Positions 13,880 to 28,600 of a stretch of 64,000 nt of DNA are shown here, piece after piece. Under the pieces are notes generated by a model, which was not told the origin of the DNA, did not search any database, and was given only the letters and a program-made list of their open reading frames with translations. Origin of the DNA: the human T2T-CHM13v2.0 reference genome, Homo sapiens; assembly GCF_009914755.1 (NCBI RefSeq), contig NC_060933.1; one strand, 5' to 3'. The first letter of the stretch is position 1, and every line of letters starts with the position of its first letter. The position numbers and the translations under genes are program-made.

Positions 13880-16420
13880 CCATTCCTCTCCATTCCATTC
13901 CACTCGGGTTGATTCCATTCCATTGCATCCCATTCCATTCCATTCAATTCCATTCCGTTCCACTCCATTCCATTACATTCGGATTGATTCTATTCAACTC
14001 CCTTAGTCTCCATTACATTACATTCCATTCGGGTTGTTCCATTCCATTCCATTCCATTCCACTCCATTCCATTGCACTCGGGTTTATTCCATTCCATTCC
14101 ATTCCATTCCATTCCATTCCATTCCGCAAGATTCCATTCCATTGCATTCCATTCCATTCCATTCCCCTGCACTTGCGTTGATTCCATTCCATTCCATTCC
14201 ATTCCATTCCATTCCATTCAATTCCTTTCCGTTCCATTCCATTCCATTCCATTCCATTCCATTCCATTCCATTCCGTTCAGTTCCGTTCCATTCCATTCC
14301 ATTCCATTCTATTCGGGTTAATTCCATTCCATTCCATTCGATTGCAATCGAGTTGATTCCATTCCATTCCATTCCATTCCATTCCATTCCATTCCATTCC
14401 TTTCCATTCCATTACGGATGATTCCATTCCATTGCATTCCATTCCATTCCATTCCCCTGTACTCGGGTTGATTCCATTCCATTCCATTCCAATCTATGCC
14501 ATTCCACTCGTGTTGATTCCATTCTTTCCATTCCATTCAAGTTGAATCCATTCCTTTGCATTCCATTCCATTCCATTCCCCTGCAGTCGGGTTGATTCCA
14601 TTCCATTCCATTCCATTCCATTCCATTCCATTCCAATCAAGTTGATTCCATTCCATTCCATTCCATTGCATTCCATTCCATTCCACTCCATTCCACTCCT
14701 TTCCATTCCATTCCACTCGGGTTGATTCCAATGTATTCCTTTCCATTCCATTCCATTCCATTGCAATCGAGGTGATTCCATTGCTTTGCATTCCATTCCA
14801 TTCCATTCCATTCCGGATGATTCCATTCCATTGCATTCCATTCCATTCCATTCCCCTGCACTCGGGTTGATTCCATTCCATTCCACTCCATTCCATTCCA
14901 TTCCATTCCATTCCATTCCATTCCATTCCATTGTATTCGGGTTAATTCCATTCCATTCCATTCCATTCCATTCCATTCCATTACAATCGAGTTGATTCCA
15001 TTCCATTCCATTCCATTCCAGTACTTTCCATTCCATTGCACTCGGGTTGATTCCATTCTATTAGTTTCCATTCCACTCCATTCCCTTCCATTGTATTCGA
15101 GTTAATTCCATTCCATTCCATTCCATTCCATTCCATTCCTCTCCATTCCATTCCTCTCCATTCCATTGCACTCGGGTTGATTCCATTCCATTGCATCCCA
15201 TTACATTCCATTCAATTCCATTCCGTTGCATTCCATTCCATTACATTCGGATTGATTCTATTCAACTCCCTTACTCTCCATTGCATTCCATTCCATTCGT
15301 GTTGTTCCATTCCATTCCATTCCATTCCACTCCATTCCATTGCACTCGGGTTTATTCCATTCCATTCCATTCCATTCCATTCCATTCCATTCCATTCCAT
15401 TCCATTCCGGAAGATTCCATTCCATTTCATTCCATTCCGTTCCATTCCCCTGCACTCGCGTTGATTCCATTCCATTCCATTCCATTCCATTCCATTCCTT
15501 TCCGTTCCATTCCATTCCATTCCTTTCCGTTCCATTCCATTCCATTCCATTCCATTCCGTTCCGTTCCGTTCCGTTCCGTTCCGTTCCATTCCATTCCAT
15601 TCCATTCTATTCGGGTTAATTCCATTCCATTCCATTGGATTGCAATCGAGTTGATTCCATTCCATTCCATTCCATTCCATTCCTTTCCATTCCATTACGG
15701 ATGATTCCATTCCATTGCATTCCATTCCATTCCATTCCCCTGTACTCGGGTTGATTCCATTCCATTCCATTCCAATCTATGCCATTCCACTCGTGTTGAT
15801 TCCATTCTTTCCATTCCATTCAAGTTGAATCCATTCCATTGCATTCCATTCCATTCCATTCCCCTGCAGTCGGGTTGATTCCATTCCATTCCATTCCATT
15901 CCATTCCATTCCATTCCATTCCAATCAAGTTGATTCCATTCCCTTCCATTCCATTGCATTCCATTCCATTCCACTCCATTCCAGTCCTTTCCATTCCATT
16001 ACACTCGGGTTGATTCCAGTGTATTCCTTTCCATTCCATTCCATTCCATTGCAATCGAGTTGATTCCATTTCTTTGCATTCCATTCCATTCCATTCCATT
16101 CCGGATGATTCCATTCCATTGCATTCCATTCCATTCCATTCCCCTGCACTCGGGTTGATTCCATTCCATTCCACTCCATTCCATTCCATTCCATTCCATT
16201 CCATTGTATTCGGGTTAATTTCATTCCATTCCATTCCATTCCATTCCATTCCATTACAATCGAGTTGATTCCATTCCATTCCATTCCATTCCAGTCCTTT
16301 CCATTCCATTCCACTCGGGTTGATTCCATTCTATTACTTTCCATTCCACTGCATTCCCTTCAATTGTATTCGGGTTAATTCCATTCCATTCCATTCCATT
16401 CCATTCCATTCCATTACAAT
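13880..16420 (+). repeat. Diverged ~1.28-kb tandem duplication
   Basis: Private variants AATCTATGCC (14491, 15775), CCAATCAAGTTG (14633, 15921) and TTGCATCCCATT (13923, 15191) recur ~1.27-1.29 kb apart. Confidence 0.7.
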
Positions 16421-19400
16421 CGAGTTGATTCCATTCCATTCCATTCCATTCCAGTCCTTTCCATTCCATTCCACTCGGGTTGATTCCATTCTATTAGTTT
16501 CCATTCCATTCCATTCCCTTCCATTCCACTCTGGTTGATTCCATTCCTTTCCATTCCACTCGAATACATTCCCTCCTATTCCACTCGGAATGATTCCATT
16601 CCATTCCATTCCATTCCATTCCATTCCATTTCGTTCCATTCCTTTCTATTCCGTGTCATTCCTTTCCATTCCATTCCATTCCATTCCATTCCATTCCATT
16701 CCGTTGCATTCCATTCCATTACATTCGGATTGATTCTATTCAACTCCCTTACTCTCCATTACATTCCATTCCATTCGGGTTGTTCCATTCCATTCCATTC
16801 CATTCCACTCCATTCCATTGCACTCGGGTTGATTCCATTCTATTCCATTCCATTCCATTCCATTCCGGATGATTCCATTCCATTGCATTCCGTTCCATTA
16901 CATTCCCCTGCACTCGCGTTGATTCCATTCCATTCCATTCCATTCCATTCAATTCCATTCCATTACAATTCGTTCCATTCCATTCTATTCCGTACCATTC
17001 CATTCCATTCCATACCATTCCATTCCATTCCGTTCCATTCCATTCCGTTCCATTCCGTTCCATTCCATTCCATTCCATTCTATTCGGATTAATTCCATTC
17101 CATTCCATTCCATTCCATTCTATTCCATTCCATTGCAATCGAGTTGAATCCATTGCATTTCATTCCATTCCATTCCATTCCATTCCATTCCGGAACTTTC
17201 CATTCCATTGCATTCCATTCCATTCCATTCAATTCCATTCCGTTCCATTCCATTCCATTACATTCTGATTGATTCTATTCAACTCCCTTAGTCTCCATTA
17301 CATTCCATTCCATTCGGGTTGTTCCTTTCCATTCCATTCCATTCCACTCCATTCCATTGCACTCGGGTTTATTCCATACCATTCCATTCCATTCCATTCA
17401 ATTCCATTCCATTCCGGAAAATTCCATTCCATTCCATTCCATTCCATTCCATTCCCCTGCACTCGCGTTGATTCCATTCCATTCCATTCCATTCCATTCC
17501 ATTCCATTCCGTTCCGTTCCATTCCATTCCATTCCATTCCATTCCTTTCGGTTCCGTTCCATTCCATTCCATTCCATTCTATTCGGGTTAATTCCATTCC
17601 ATTCCATTCGATTACAATCGAGTTGATTCCATTCCATTCCATTCCATTCCATTCCATTCCATTCCATTCCTTTCCATTCCATTACGGATGATTCCATTCC
17701 ATTGTATTCCCTTCCAATCCATTCCCCTGTACTCGGGTTGATTCCTTTCCATTCCATTCCAATCCATGCCATTCCAGTCGTGTTGATTCCATTCTTTCCA
17801 TTCCATTCAAGTTGAATCCATTCCATTGCATTCCACTCCATTCCATTCCCCTGCAGTCGGGTTGATTCCATTCCATTCCATTCCATTCCATTCCTCTCCA
17901 TTCCATTGCACTCGGGTTGATTCCATTCCATTGCATCCCATTACATTCCATTCAATTCCATTCCGTTGCATTCCATTCCATTACATTCGGATTGATTCTA
18001 TTCAACTCCCTTACTCTCCATTGCATTCCATTCCATTCGTGTTGTTCCATTCCATTCCATTCCATTCCACTCCATTCCATTGCACTCGGGTTTATTCCAT
18101 TCCATTCCATTCCATTCCATTCCATTCCATTCCATTCCGGAAGATTCCATTCCATTTCATTCCATTCCATTCCATTCCATTCCATTCCATTCCATTCCAT
18201 TCCATTCCATTCCATTTCGTTCCATTCCGTTCTATTCCGTGTCATTCCATTCCATTCCATTCCATTCCATTCCATTCCATTCCATTCCATTCCATTCCAT
18301 TGTACTCGGGTTGATTCCATTCCATTGCATTCCATTCCATTCCATTCCATTCCATTCCGTTGCATTCCATTCCATTACATTCGGATTGATTCTATTCAAC
18401 TCCCTTACTCTCCATTACATTCCATTCCATTCGGGTTGTTCCATTCCATTCCATTCCATTCCACTCCATTCCATTGCACTCGGGTTGATTCCATTCCATT
18501 CCATTCCATTCCATTCCATTCCGGATGATTCCATTCCATTGCATTCCGTTCCATTACATTCCCCTGCACTCGCGTTGATTCCATTCCATTCCATTCCATT
18601 CCATTCAATTCCATTCCATTACAATTCGTTCCATTCCATTCTATTCCGTACCATTCCATTCCATTCCATACCATTCCATTCCATTCCGTTCCATTCCATT
18701 CCGTTCCATTCCGTTCCATTCCATTCCATTCCATTCTATTCGGATTAATTCCATTCCATTCCATTCCATTCCATTCCATTCTATTCCATTCCATTGCAAT
18801 CGAGTTGAATCCATTGCATTTCATTCCATTCCATTCCATTCCATTCCATTCCGGAACTTTCCATTCCATTGCATTCCATTCCATTCCATTCAATTCCATT
18901 CCGTTCCATTCCATTCCATTACATTCTGATTGATTCTATTCAACTCCCTTAGTCTCCATTACATTCCATTCCATTCGGGTTGTTCCATTCCATTCCATTC
19001 CATTCCACTCCATTCCATTGCACTCGGGTTTATTCCATACCATTCCATTCCATTCCATTCAATTCCATTCCATTCCGGAAAATTCCATTCCATTCCATTC
19101 CATTCCATTCCATTCCCCTGCACTCGCGTTGATTCCATTCCATTCCATTCCATTCCATTCCATTCCGTTCCGTTCCATTCCATTCCATTCCATTCCATTC
19201 CTTTCGGTTCCGTTCCATTCCATTCCATTCCATTCTATTCGGGTTAATTCCATTCCATTCCATTCGATTGCAATCGAGTTGATTCCATTCCATTCCATTC
19301 CATTCCATTCCATTCCATTCCTTTCCATTCCATTACGGATGATTCCATTCCATTGTATTCCCTTCCAATCCATTCCCCTGTACTCGGGTTGATTCCATTC

Positions 19401-19545
19401 CATTCCATTCCAATCCATGCCATTCCAGTCGTGTTGATTCCATTCTTTCCATTCCATTCAAGTTGAATCCATTCCATTGCATTCCACTCCATTCCATTCC
19501 CCTGCAGTCGGGTTGATTCCATTCCATTCCATTCCATTCCATTCC
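15145..19545 (+). repeat. ~2.74-kb tandem duplication whose second unit has a ~1.1-kb internal deletion (repeated at ~36818-41228)
   Basis: 15145-15435 matches 17885-18165 (offset 2740), sharing GCATCCCATTACATT and CATTCGTGTTGTTCC. ~16630-17880 matches ~18215-19545 (offset 1656-1661 over most of its length), sharing CCGGAACTTTCC, CCGGAAAATTCC and CTTTCGGTTCC. Confidence 0.8.
16204..16524 (+). repeat. 160-bp tandem duplication (165-bp offset in 21.7-kb copy 2)
   Basis: The string TTGTATTCGGGTTAATT...TTACAATCGAGTTG...CCAGTCCTTTCC...CTATTA(C/G)TTTCC starts at 16204 and again at 16364. Confidence 0.8.
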
Positions 19546-20550
19546 ATTCCAGTCCTTTCCATTCCATTCCACTCGGGTTGATTCCATTCTATTAGTTTCC
19601 ATTCCATTCCATTCCCTTCCATTCCACTCTGGTTGATTCCATTCCTTTCCATTCCACTCGAATACATACCCTCCTATTCCACTCGGAACGATTCCATTCC
19701 ATTCCATTCCATTCCATTCCATTCCATTCCATTCCATTCCATTTCGTTCCATTCCATTCTATTCCGTATCATTCCATTCCATTCCATTCCATTCCATTCC
19801 ATTCCATTCCATTCCATTCCATTCCATTGTACTCGGGTTGATTCCATTCCATTGCATTCCATTCCATTCCATTGCATTCCATTCCGTTGCATTCCATTCC
19901 ATTACATTCGGATTGATTCTATTCAACTCCCTTACTCTCCATTACATTCCATTCCATTCGGGTTGTTCCATTCCATTCCATTCCATTCCACTCCATTCCA
20001 TTGCACTCGGGTTGATTCCATTCCATTCCATTCCATTCCATTCCATTCCGGATGATTCCATTCCATTGCATTCCGTTCCATTACATTCCCCTGCACTCGG
20101 GTTGATTCCATTCCATTCCATTCCATTCCATTCAATTTCATTCCATTACAATTCGTTGCATTCCTTTCTATTCCGTACCATTCCATTCCATTCCATACCA
20201 ATCCATTCTATTCCATTCCATTCCATTCCATTCCATTCCGTTCCATTCCGTTCCATTCCATTCCATTCCATTCTATTCGGGTTAATTCCATTCCATTCCA
20301 ATCCATCCCATTCTATTACATTCCATTGCAATCGAGTTGAATCCATTGCATTTCATTCCATTCCATTCCATTCCATTCCATTCCGGAAGATTCCATTCCA
20401 TTGCATTCCATTCCATTCCATTCCCCTGCACTCGAGTTGATTCCATTGCATTCCATTCCATTCCATTCCATTCCATTCCATTCCGTTCCGTTCCATTCCA
20501 TTCCATTCCATTCCATTCCATTCCATTCCGTTCCGTTCCATTCCATTCCA

Positions 20551-20670
20551 TTCCATTCTATTCGGGTTAATACCATTCCAATCCATTCGATTGCAATCGT
20601 GTTGACTCCATTCCATTCTATTCGGGTTAATACCATTGCAATCCATTCGATTGCAATCGTGTTGATTCCA
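20551..20670 (+). repeat. 60-bp tandem duplication (also 42234-42353)
   Basis: TTCCATTCTATTCGGGTTAATACCATT(C/G)CAATCCATTCGATTGCAATCGTGTTGA(C/T)TCCA occurs twice, with two mismatches. Confidence 0.9.
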
Positions 20671-23600
20671 TTCCATTCCATTCCATTCCATTCCATTCCA
20701 TTCCTTTCCATTCCATTACGGATGATTCCATTCCATTGCATTCCATTCCATTCCATTCCCCTGTACTCGGGTTGATTCCATTCCATTGCATTCCAATGCA
20801 TGCCCTTCCACTCGTGTTGATTCCATTCTTTCCATTCCATTCAAGTTGAATCCATTCCATTGCATTCCATTCCATTCGATTACATTCGATTGCACTCGGG
20901 TTGATTCCATTCCATTGCATTCCATTCCATTCCATTCCATTCCATTCCATTACATTCCGTTCCATTCCATTCCATTACATTCGGATTGATTCTGTTCAAT
21001 TCCCTTACACTCCATTACATTCCATTCCATTCGGGTAGTTTCCATTCCATTCCATTCCATTCCTCTATATTCCATTGCACTCGGGTTGATTCCATTCCAT
21101 TGCATTCAATTCCATTCCATTCAGTTCCATTCCGTTCCATTCCATTCCATTGCATTCGGATTGATTCTATTCAACTCCCTTACTCTCCATTACATTCCAT
21201 TCCATTCGGGTTGTTCCATTCCATTCCATTCCATTCCACTCCATTCCATTGCACTCGGGTTTATTCCATTCCATTCCATTCCATTCCATTCCATTCCGGA
21301 AGATTCCATTCCATTGCATTCCATTCCATTCCATTCCCCTGCACTCGCGTTGATTCCATTCCATTCCATTCCATTCCATTCCATTCCATTCCATTCCTTT
21401 CCGTTCCATTCCATTCCATTCCATTCCATTCCATTCCATTCCATTCCGTTCCATTCCATTCCATTCCATTCTTTTCGGGTTAATTCCATTCCATTCCATT
21501 CCATTCCATTCCATTCCATTCCAATCGAGTTGATTCCATTCCATTCCATTCCATTCTATTCCACTCCATTCCAGTCCTTTCCATTCCATTACACTCGGGT
21601 TGATACCATTCTATTCCTTTCCATTCCATTCCATTCCATTGCAATCGAGTTGATTCCATTGCTTTGCATTCCATTCCATTCCATTCCATTCCGGATGATT
21701 CCATTCCATTGCATTCCATTCCATTCCATTCCCCTGCACTCGGGTTGATTCCATTCCATTCCACTCCACTCCGTTCCATTCCATTCCATTCCTTTCCATT
21801 CCATTCCATTCCATTACAATCGAGTTGATTCCATTCCATTCCATTCCATTCCATTCCATTCCATTCCAGTCCTTTCCATTCCATTCCACTCGGGTTGATT
21901 CCATTCTATTAGTTTCCATTCCATTCCATTCCCTTCCATTCCACTCTGGTTGATTCCATTCTTTTCCATTCCACTCGAATACATTCCCTCCTATTCCACT
22001 CGGAACGATTCCATTCCATGCCATTCCATTCCATTCCATTCCATTCCATTCCATTCCATTCCAGTTCGTTCCATTCCATTCTATTCCGTACCATTCCATT
22101 CCATTCCTTTCCATTCCATTCCTTTCCACTCGTGTTGATTCCATTCCTTTCCATTCCATTCGGTTTGAAGTCATTCCATTCCATTCCATTCCATTCCATT
22201 CCATTCCATTCCATTCTATTCCATTCCATTGCAATCGAGTTAATCCATTGCCTTTCATTCCATTCCATTCCATTCCATTCCATTCCATTGTACTCGGGTT
22301 GATTAGATTCCATTGCATTCCATTCCATTCCATTCCATTCCATTGCATTCCATTCCATTACATTCGGATTGATTCTATTCAACTCCCTTACTCTCCATTA
22401 CATTCCATTCCATTCGGGTTGTTCCATTCCATTACATTCCATTCCACTCCATTCCATTGCACTCGGGATGATTCCATTCCATTCCATTCCATTCCATTCC
22501 ATTCCATTCCGGATGATTCCATTCCATTGCATTCCGTTCCATTACATTCCCCTGCACTCGCGTTGATTCCATTCCATTCCATTCCATTCCATTCCATTCC
22601 ATTCCATTCCATTACAATTCGTTCCATTCCATTCTATTCCGTACCATTCCATTGCATTCCATACCACTCCATTCCATTTGATTCCATTCCATTCCGTTCC
22701 ATTCCATTCCATTCCGTTCCATTCCATTCCATTCCATTCTATTCGGGTTAATTCCATTTCATTCCATTCCATTCCATTCTATTCCATTCCATTGCAATCG
22801 ATTTGAATCCATTGCATTTCATTCCATTCCATTCCATTCCATTCCATTCCGCAAGATTCCATTCCATTGCATTCCATTCCATTCCATTCCCCTGCACTCG
22901 CGTTGATTCCATTCTATTCCATTCCATTCCATTCCATTCCATTCCATTCCGTTCCATTCCGTTCCGTTCCGTTCCATTCCATTCCATTCCATTCCATTCC
23001 GTTCCGTTCCGTTCCATTCCATTCCATTCCATTCTATTCGGGTTAATTCCATTCCATTCCATTCGATTGCAATCGTGTTGACTCCATTCCATTCCATTCC
23101 ATTCCATTCCATTCCATTCCTTTCCATTCCATTACGGATGATTCCATTCCATTGCATTCCATTCCATTCCATTCCATTCCGGAAGATTCCATTCCACTGC
23201 ATTCCATTCCATTCCATTCCCCTGCACTCGCGTTGATTCCATTCCATTCCATTCCATTCCTTTCCGTTCCATTCCATTCCATTCCATTCCATTCCATTCC
23301 ATTCCGTTCCGTTCCATTCCATTCCATTCCATTCCATTCCATTCCATTCGGGTTAATTCCATTCCATTCCATTCGATTGCAATCGAGTTGATTCCATTCC
23401 ATTCCATTCCATTCCATTCCATTCCATTCCATTCGTTTCCATTCCATTACGGATGATTCCATTACATTGCATTCCATTCCATTCCATTCCCCTGTACTCG
23501 GGTTCATTCCATTCCATTCCATTCCAATCCATGCCATTCCACTCCTGTTGATTCCATTCTTTCCATTCCATTCAAGTTGAATCCATTCCATTGCACTCCA

Positions 23601-25699
23601 TTCCATTCCATTCCCCTGCAGTCGGGTTGATTCCATTCCATTCCATTCCATTCCATTCCATTCCGTTCCGTTCCGTTCCGTTCCATTCCATTCCTTTCCA
23701 TTCTATTCGGGTTAATTCCATTCCATTCCATTCCATTCCATTCCATTCCACTCCATTCCAGTCCTTTCCATTCCATTCCACTCGGGTTGATTCCAATGTA
23801 TTCCTTTCCATTCCATTCCATTCCATTGCAATCGAGTTGATTCCATTGCTTTGCATTCCATTCCATTCCATTCCATTCCGGATGATTCCATTCCATTGCA
23901 TTCCATTCCATTCCATTCCCCTGCACTCGGGTTGATTCCATTCCATTCCACTCCATTCCGTTCCATTCCATTCCATTCCATTGTATTCGGGTTAATTCCA
24001 TTCCATTCCATTCCATTCCGTTACAATCGAGTTGATTCCATTCCATTCCATTCCATTCCAGTCCTTTCCATTCCATTCCTCTCGGGTTGATTCCATTCTA
24101 TTAGTTTCCATTCCATTCCATTCCCTTCCATTCCACTCTGGTTGATTCCATTCCTTTCCATTCCACTCGAATACATTCTCTCCTATTCCACTCGGAACCA
24201 TTCCATTCCATTCCATTCCATTCCATTTCGTTCCATTCCATTCTATTCAGTATCATTCCATTCCATTCCATTCCATTCCATTCCATTCCATTCCATTCCA
24301 TTCCATTCCATTGTACTCGCGTTGATTCAATTCCATTGCATTCCATTCCATTCCATTCCATTCCATTCCGTTGCATTCCATTCCATTACATTCGGATTGA
24401 TTCTATTCAACTCCCTTACTCTCCATTACATTCAATTCCATTCGGGTTGTTCCATTCCATTCCATTCCATTCCACTCCATTCCACTGCACTCGGGTTGAT
24501 TCCATTCCATTCCATTACATTCCATTCCATTCCGGATGATTCCATTCCATTGCATTCCGTTCCATTCCATTCCCCTGCACTCGCGTTGATTCCATTCCAT
24601 TCCATTCCATTCCATTCAATTCCATTCCATTACAATTCGTTCCATTCCGTTCTATTCCGTACCATTCCATTCCATTCCATACCATTCCATTCCATTCCAT
24701 TCCATTCCATTCCGTTCCATTCCGTTCCATTCCATTCCATTCCATTCTATTCAAATTAATTCCATTCCATTCCATTCCATTCCATTCCATTCCATTCCAT
24801 TCTATTCCATTCCATTGCAATCGAGTTGAATCCATTGCATTTCATTCCATTCCATTCCATTCCATTCCATTCCGGAAGATTCCATTCCATTGCATTCCAT
24901 TCCATTCCATTCCACTCCATTCCATTGCACTCGGGTTGATTCCATTCCATTCCATTCCATTTCATTCCATTCCGTTCCTTCCCATTCCGGATGATTCCAT
25001 TCCATTGCATTCCGTTCCATTACATTACCCTGCACTCGGGTTGATTCCATTCCATTCCATTCCATTCCATTCGATTCCATTCCATTCCAATTCTTCCCAT
25101 TCCATTCTATTCCGTACCATTCCATTCCATTCTATACAATTCCATTCCATTCCATTCCACTCCGTTCCGTTGCGTTCCGTTCCGTTCCGTTCCGTTCCAT
25201 TCCATTCCATTCTATTCGGTTTAATTCCATTCCATTCCATTCCATTCCATTCTATTCCATTCCATTGCAATCGAGTTGAATCCATTGCATTCCATTCCAT
25301 TCCATTCCATTCCATTCCATTCCATTCCATTCCATTCCATTCCGGAAGATTCCATTCCATTGCATTCCATTCCATTGCATTCCATTCCATTCCATTCCAT
25401 TCCATTCCATTCCATTCCATTCCATTCCATTGTACTCGGGTTGATTCCATTCCATTGCATTCCATTCCATTCCATTCCATTCCATTCCCTTCCATTCCAT
25501 TCCATTACATTCGGATTGATTCTTTTCAACTCCCTTACTCTCCATTACATTCCATTCCATTCGGGTTGTTCCATTCCATTCCATTCCATTCCATTCCATT
25601 CCATTGCACTCGGGTTGATTCCATTCCATTCCATTCCATTACATTCCGGATGATTCCATTCCATTGCATTCCGTTCCATTACATTCCCCTGCACTCGGG

Positions 25700-28600
25700 T
25701 TGATTTCATTCCATTCCATTCCATTCCATTCCATTCGATTCCATTCCATTCCCCTGCAATCGCGTAGATTCCATTCCATTCCATTCCATTCCATTCCATT
25801 CCATTCCAATCCTTTCCATTCCATTCCACTCGGGTTGATTCCATTCTATTAGTTTCCATTCCATTCCATTCCCTTCCATTCCACTCTGGTTGATTCCATT
25901 CCTTTCCATTCCACTCGAATACATTCCCTCCTTTCCACTCGGAACGATTCCATTCCATTCCATTCCATTCCGTTCCATTCCGTTCCATTCCATACCATTC
26001 CATTCTATTCGGATTAATTCCATTCCACTACATTCCATTCCATTCTATTCCATTCCATTGCAGTAGAGTTGAATCCATTGCATTTCTTTCCATTCCAATC
26101 CATTCCATTCCATTCCGGAAGATTCCATTCCATTGCATTCCATTCCATTCCATTCCCCTTCACTCGCGTTGATTCCATTCCATTCCATTCCATTCCATTC
26201 CATTCCATTCCATTCCTTTCCATTCCATTCCATTCCATTCTATTCGGGTTAATTCCATTCCATTCCATTCGATTGCAATCTAGTTGATTCCATTCCATTC
26301 CGTTCCATTCCATTCCTTTCCATTCCATTACGGATGATTCCATTCCATTGCATTCCATTCCATTCCATTCCCCTGTACTCGGGTTGATTCCATTCCATTC
26401 CATTCCAATCCATGCCATTCCACTCGTGTTGATTCCATTCTTTCCATTCCATTCAAGTTGAATCCATTCCATTGCATTCCATTCCATTCGATTCCATTCG
26501 ATTGCACTCGGGTTGATTCCATTCCATTGCATTCCATTCCATTCCATTCAATTCCTTTCCGTTCCATTCCATTCCATTACATTCAGATTGATTCTGTTCA
26601 ACTCCCTTACTCTCCATTACATTCCATTCCATTCGGGTTGTTCCATTCCATTCCATTCCATTCCACTCCATTCCATTGCACTCGGGTTTATTCCATTCCA
26701 TTCCATTCCATTCCATTCAATTCCATTCCATTACAATTCGTTCCATTCCATTCTATTCCGTTCCATTCCATTCGATTCCATACCATTCCATTCTATTCGG
26801 ATTAAATCCATTCCATTCCATTCCATTCCATTCTATTCCATTCCATTGCAATCGAGTTGAATCCATTGCATTTCATTCCATTCCAATCCATTCCATTCCA
26901 TTCCGGAAGATTCCATTCCATTGCATTCCATTCCATTCCATTCCCCTGCACTCGCGTTGATTCCATTCCATTTCATTCCATTCCATTCCATTCCATTCCG
27001 TTCCGTTCCATTCCAATCCATTCCATTCCATTCCGTTCCGTTCCATTCCATTCCATTCCATTCTATTCAGGTTAATTCCATTCCATTCCATTCGATTGCA
27101 ATCGAGTTGATTCCATTCCATTCCATTCCATTCCATTCCATTCCATTGCTTTCCATTCCATTACGGATGATTCCATTCCATTGCATTCCATTCCATTCCA
27201 TTCCCCTGTACTCGGGTTGATTCCATTCCATTCCATTCCAATCCATGCCATTCCACTCGTGTTGATTCCATTGTTTCCATTCCATTCAAGTTGAATCCAT
27301 TCCATTGCATTCCATTCCATTCGATTCCATTCGATTGCCCTCGGGTTGATTCCATTCCATTGCATTCCATTCCATTCCATTCCATTCCATTCCATTCCAT
27401 TCCGTTCCATTCCATTTCATTACATTCAGATTGATACTATTCAATTCCCTTACACTCCATTATATTCCAATCCATTGTGGTTGTTTCCATTCCATTCCAT
27501 TCCATTTCACTCCATTCCATTGCACTCGGGTTGATTCCATTCCATTCCATTCCATTGCATTCCATTCCATTCCATTCCGGATGATTCCATTCCATTGCAT
27601 TCCATTCCATTCCATTACATTCCGTTCCATTCCATTCCATTCCATTCGGATTGATTCTATTCAATTCCCTTACATTCCATTACATTCCATTCCATTCGGG
27701 TAGTTTCCATTCATTCCATTCCATTCCTCTCCATTCTATTGCACTCGGGTTGATTCCATTCCATTCCATTCCATTCCATTCCATTACATTACATTACATT
27801 ACATTCCGTTCCATTGTACTCGGGTTGATTCCATTCCATTGCATTCCATTCCATTCCATTCCATTCCATTCCATTCCATTCCGTTCCATTCCATTACATT
27901 CGGATTTATTCTATTCAACTCCCTTACTCTCCATTGCATTCCATTCCATTCGGGTTGTTCCATTCCATTCCATTCCATTCCACTCCATTCCATTGCACTC
28001 GGGTTGATTCCATTCCATTCCATTCCATTCCATTCCATTCCGGATGATTCCATTCCATTGCATTCCGTTCCATTACATGCCCCTGCTCTCGCGTTGATTC
28101 CATTCCATTCCATTCCATTCTATTCAATTCCATTCCATTACAATTCGTTCCATTCCATTCTATTCCGTACCATTCCATTCCATTCCCCTGCACTCAGGTT
28201 GATTCCATTCCATTCCATTCCACTCCATTCGGTTCCGTTCCATTCCATTCTATTGCATTCCATTCTATTCGGGTTAATTCCATTCCATTCTATTCCATTC
28301 TATTCCATTCCATTCCATTGCAATGGAGTTGATTCCATTCCATTCCATTCCATTCCGGATGATTCCATTCCATTGCATTCCATTCCATTCCATTCCCCTG
28401 CAGTCGCGTTGATTCCATTCCATTCCATTCCATTCCATTCGATTGCATTCCATTCCCCTGCACTCGCGTTGATTCCATTCCATTCCATTCCATTCCATTC
28501 CATTCCAGTCCTTTCCATTCCATTCCACTCGGGTTGATTCCATTCTATTAGTTTACATTCCATTCCATTCCCTTCCATTCCACTCTGGTTGATTCCATTC

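Noticed and set aside
22300-22310. TGATTAGATTC, a near match to the DUX4 motif (TGATTAGATTA), also at ~43978
   Set aside because: It is a single mismatched instance duplicated passively, so there is no evidence of enrichment.
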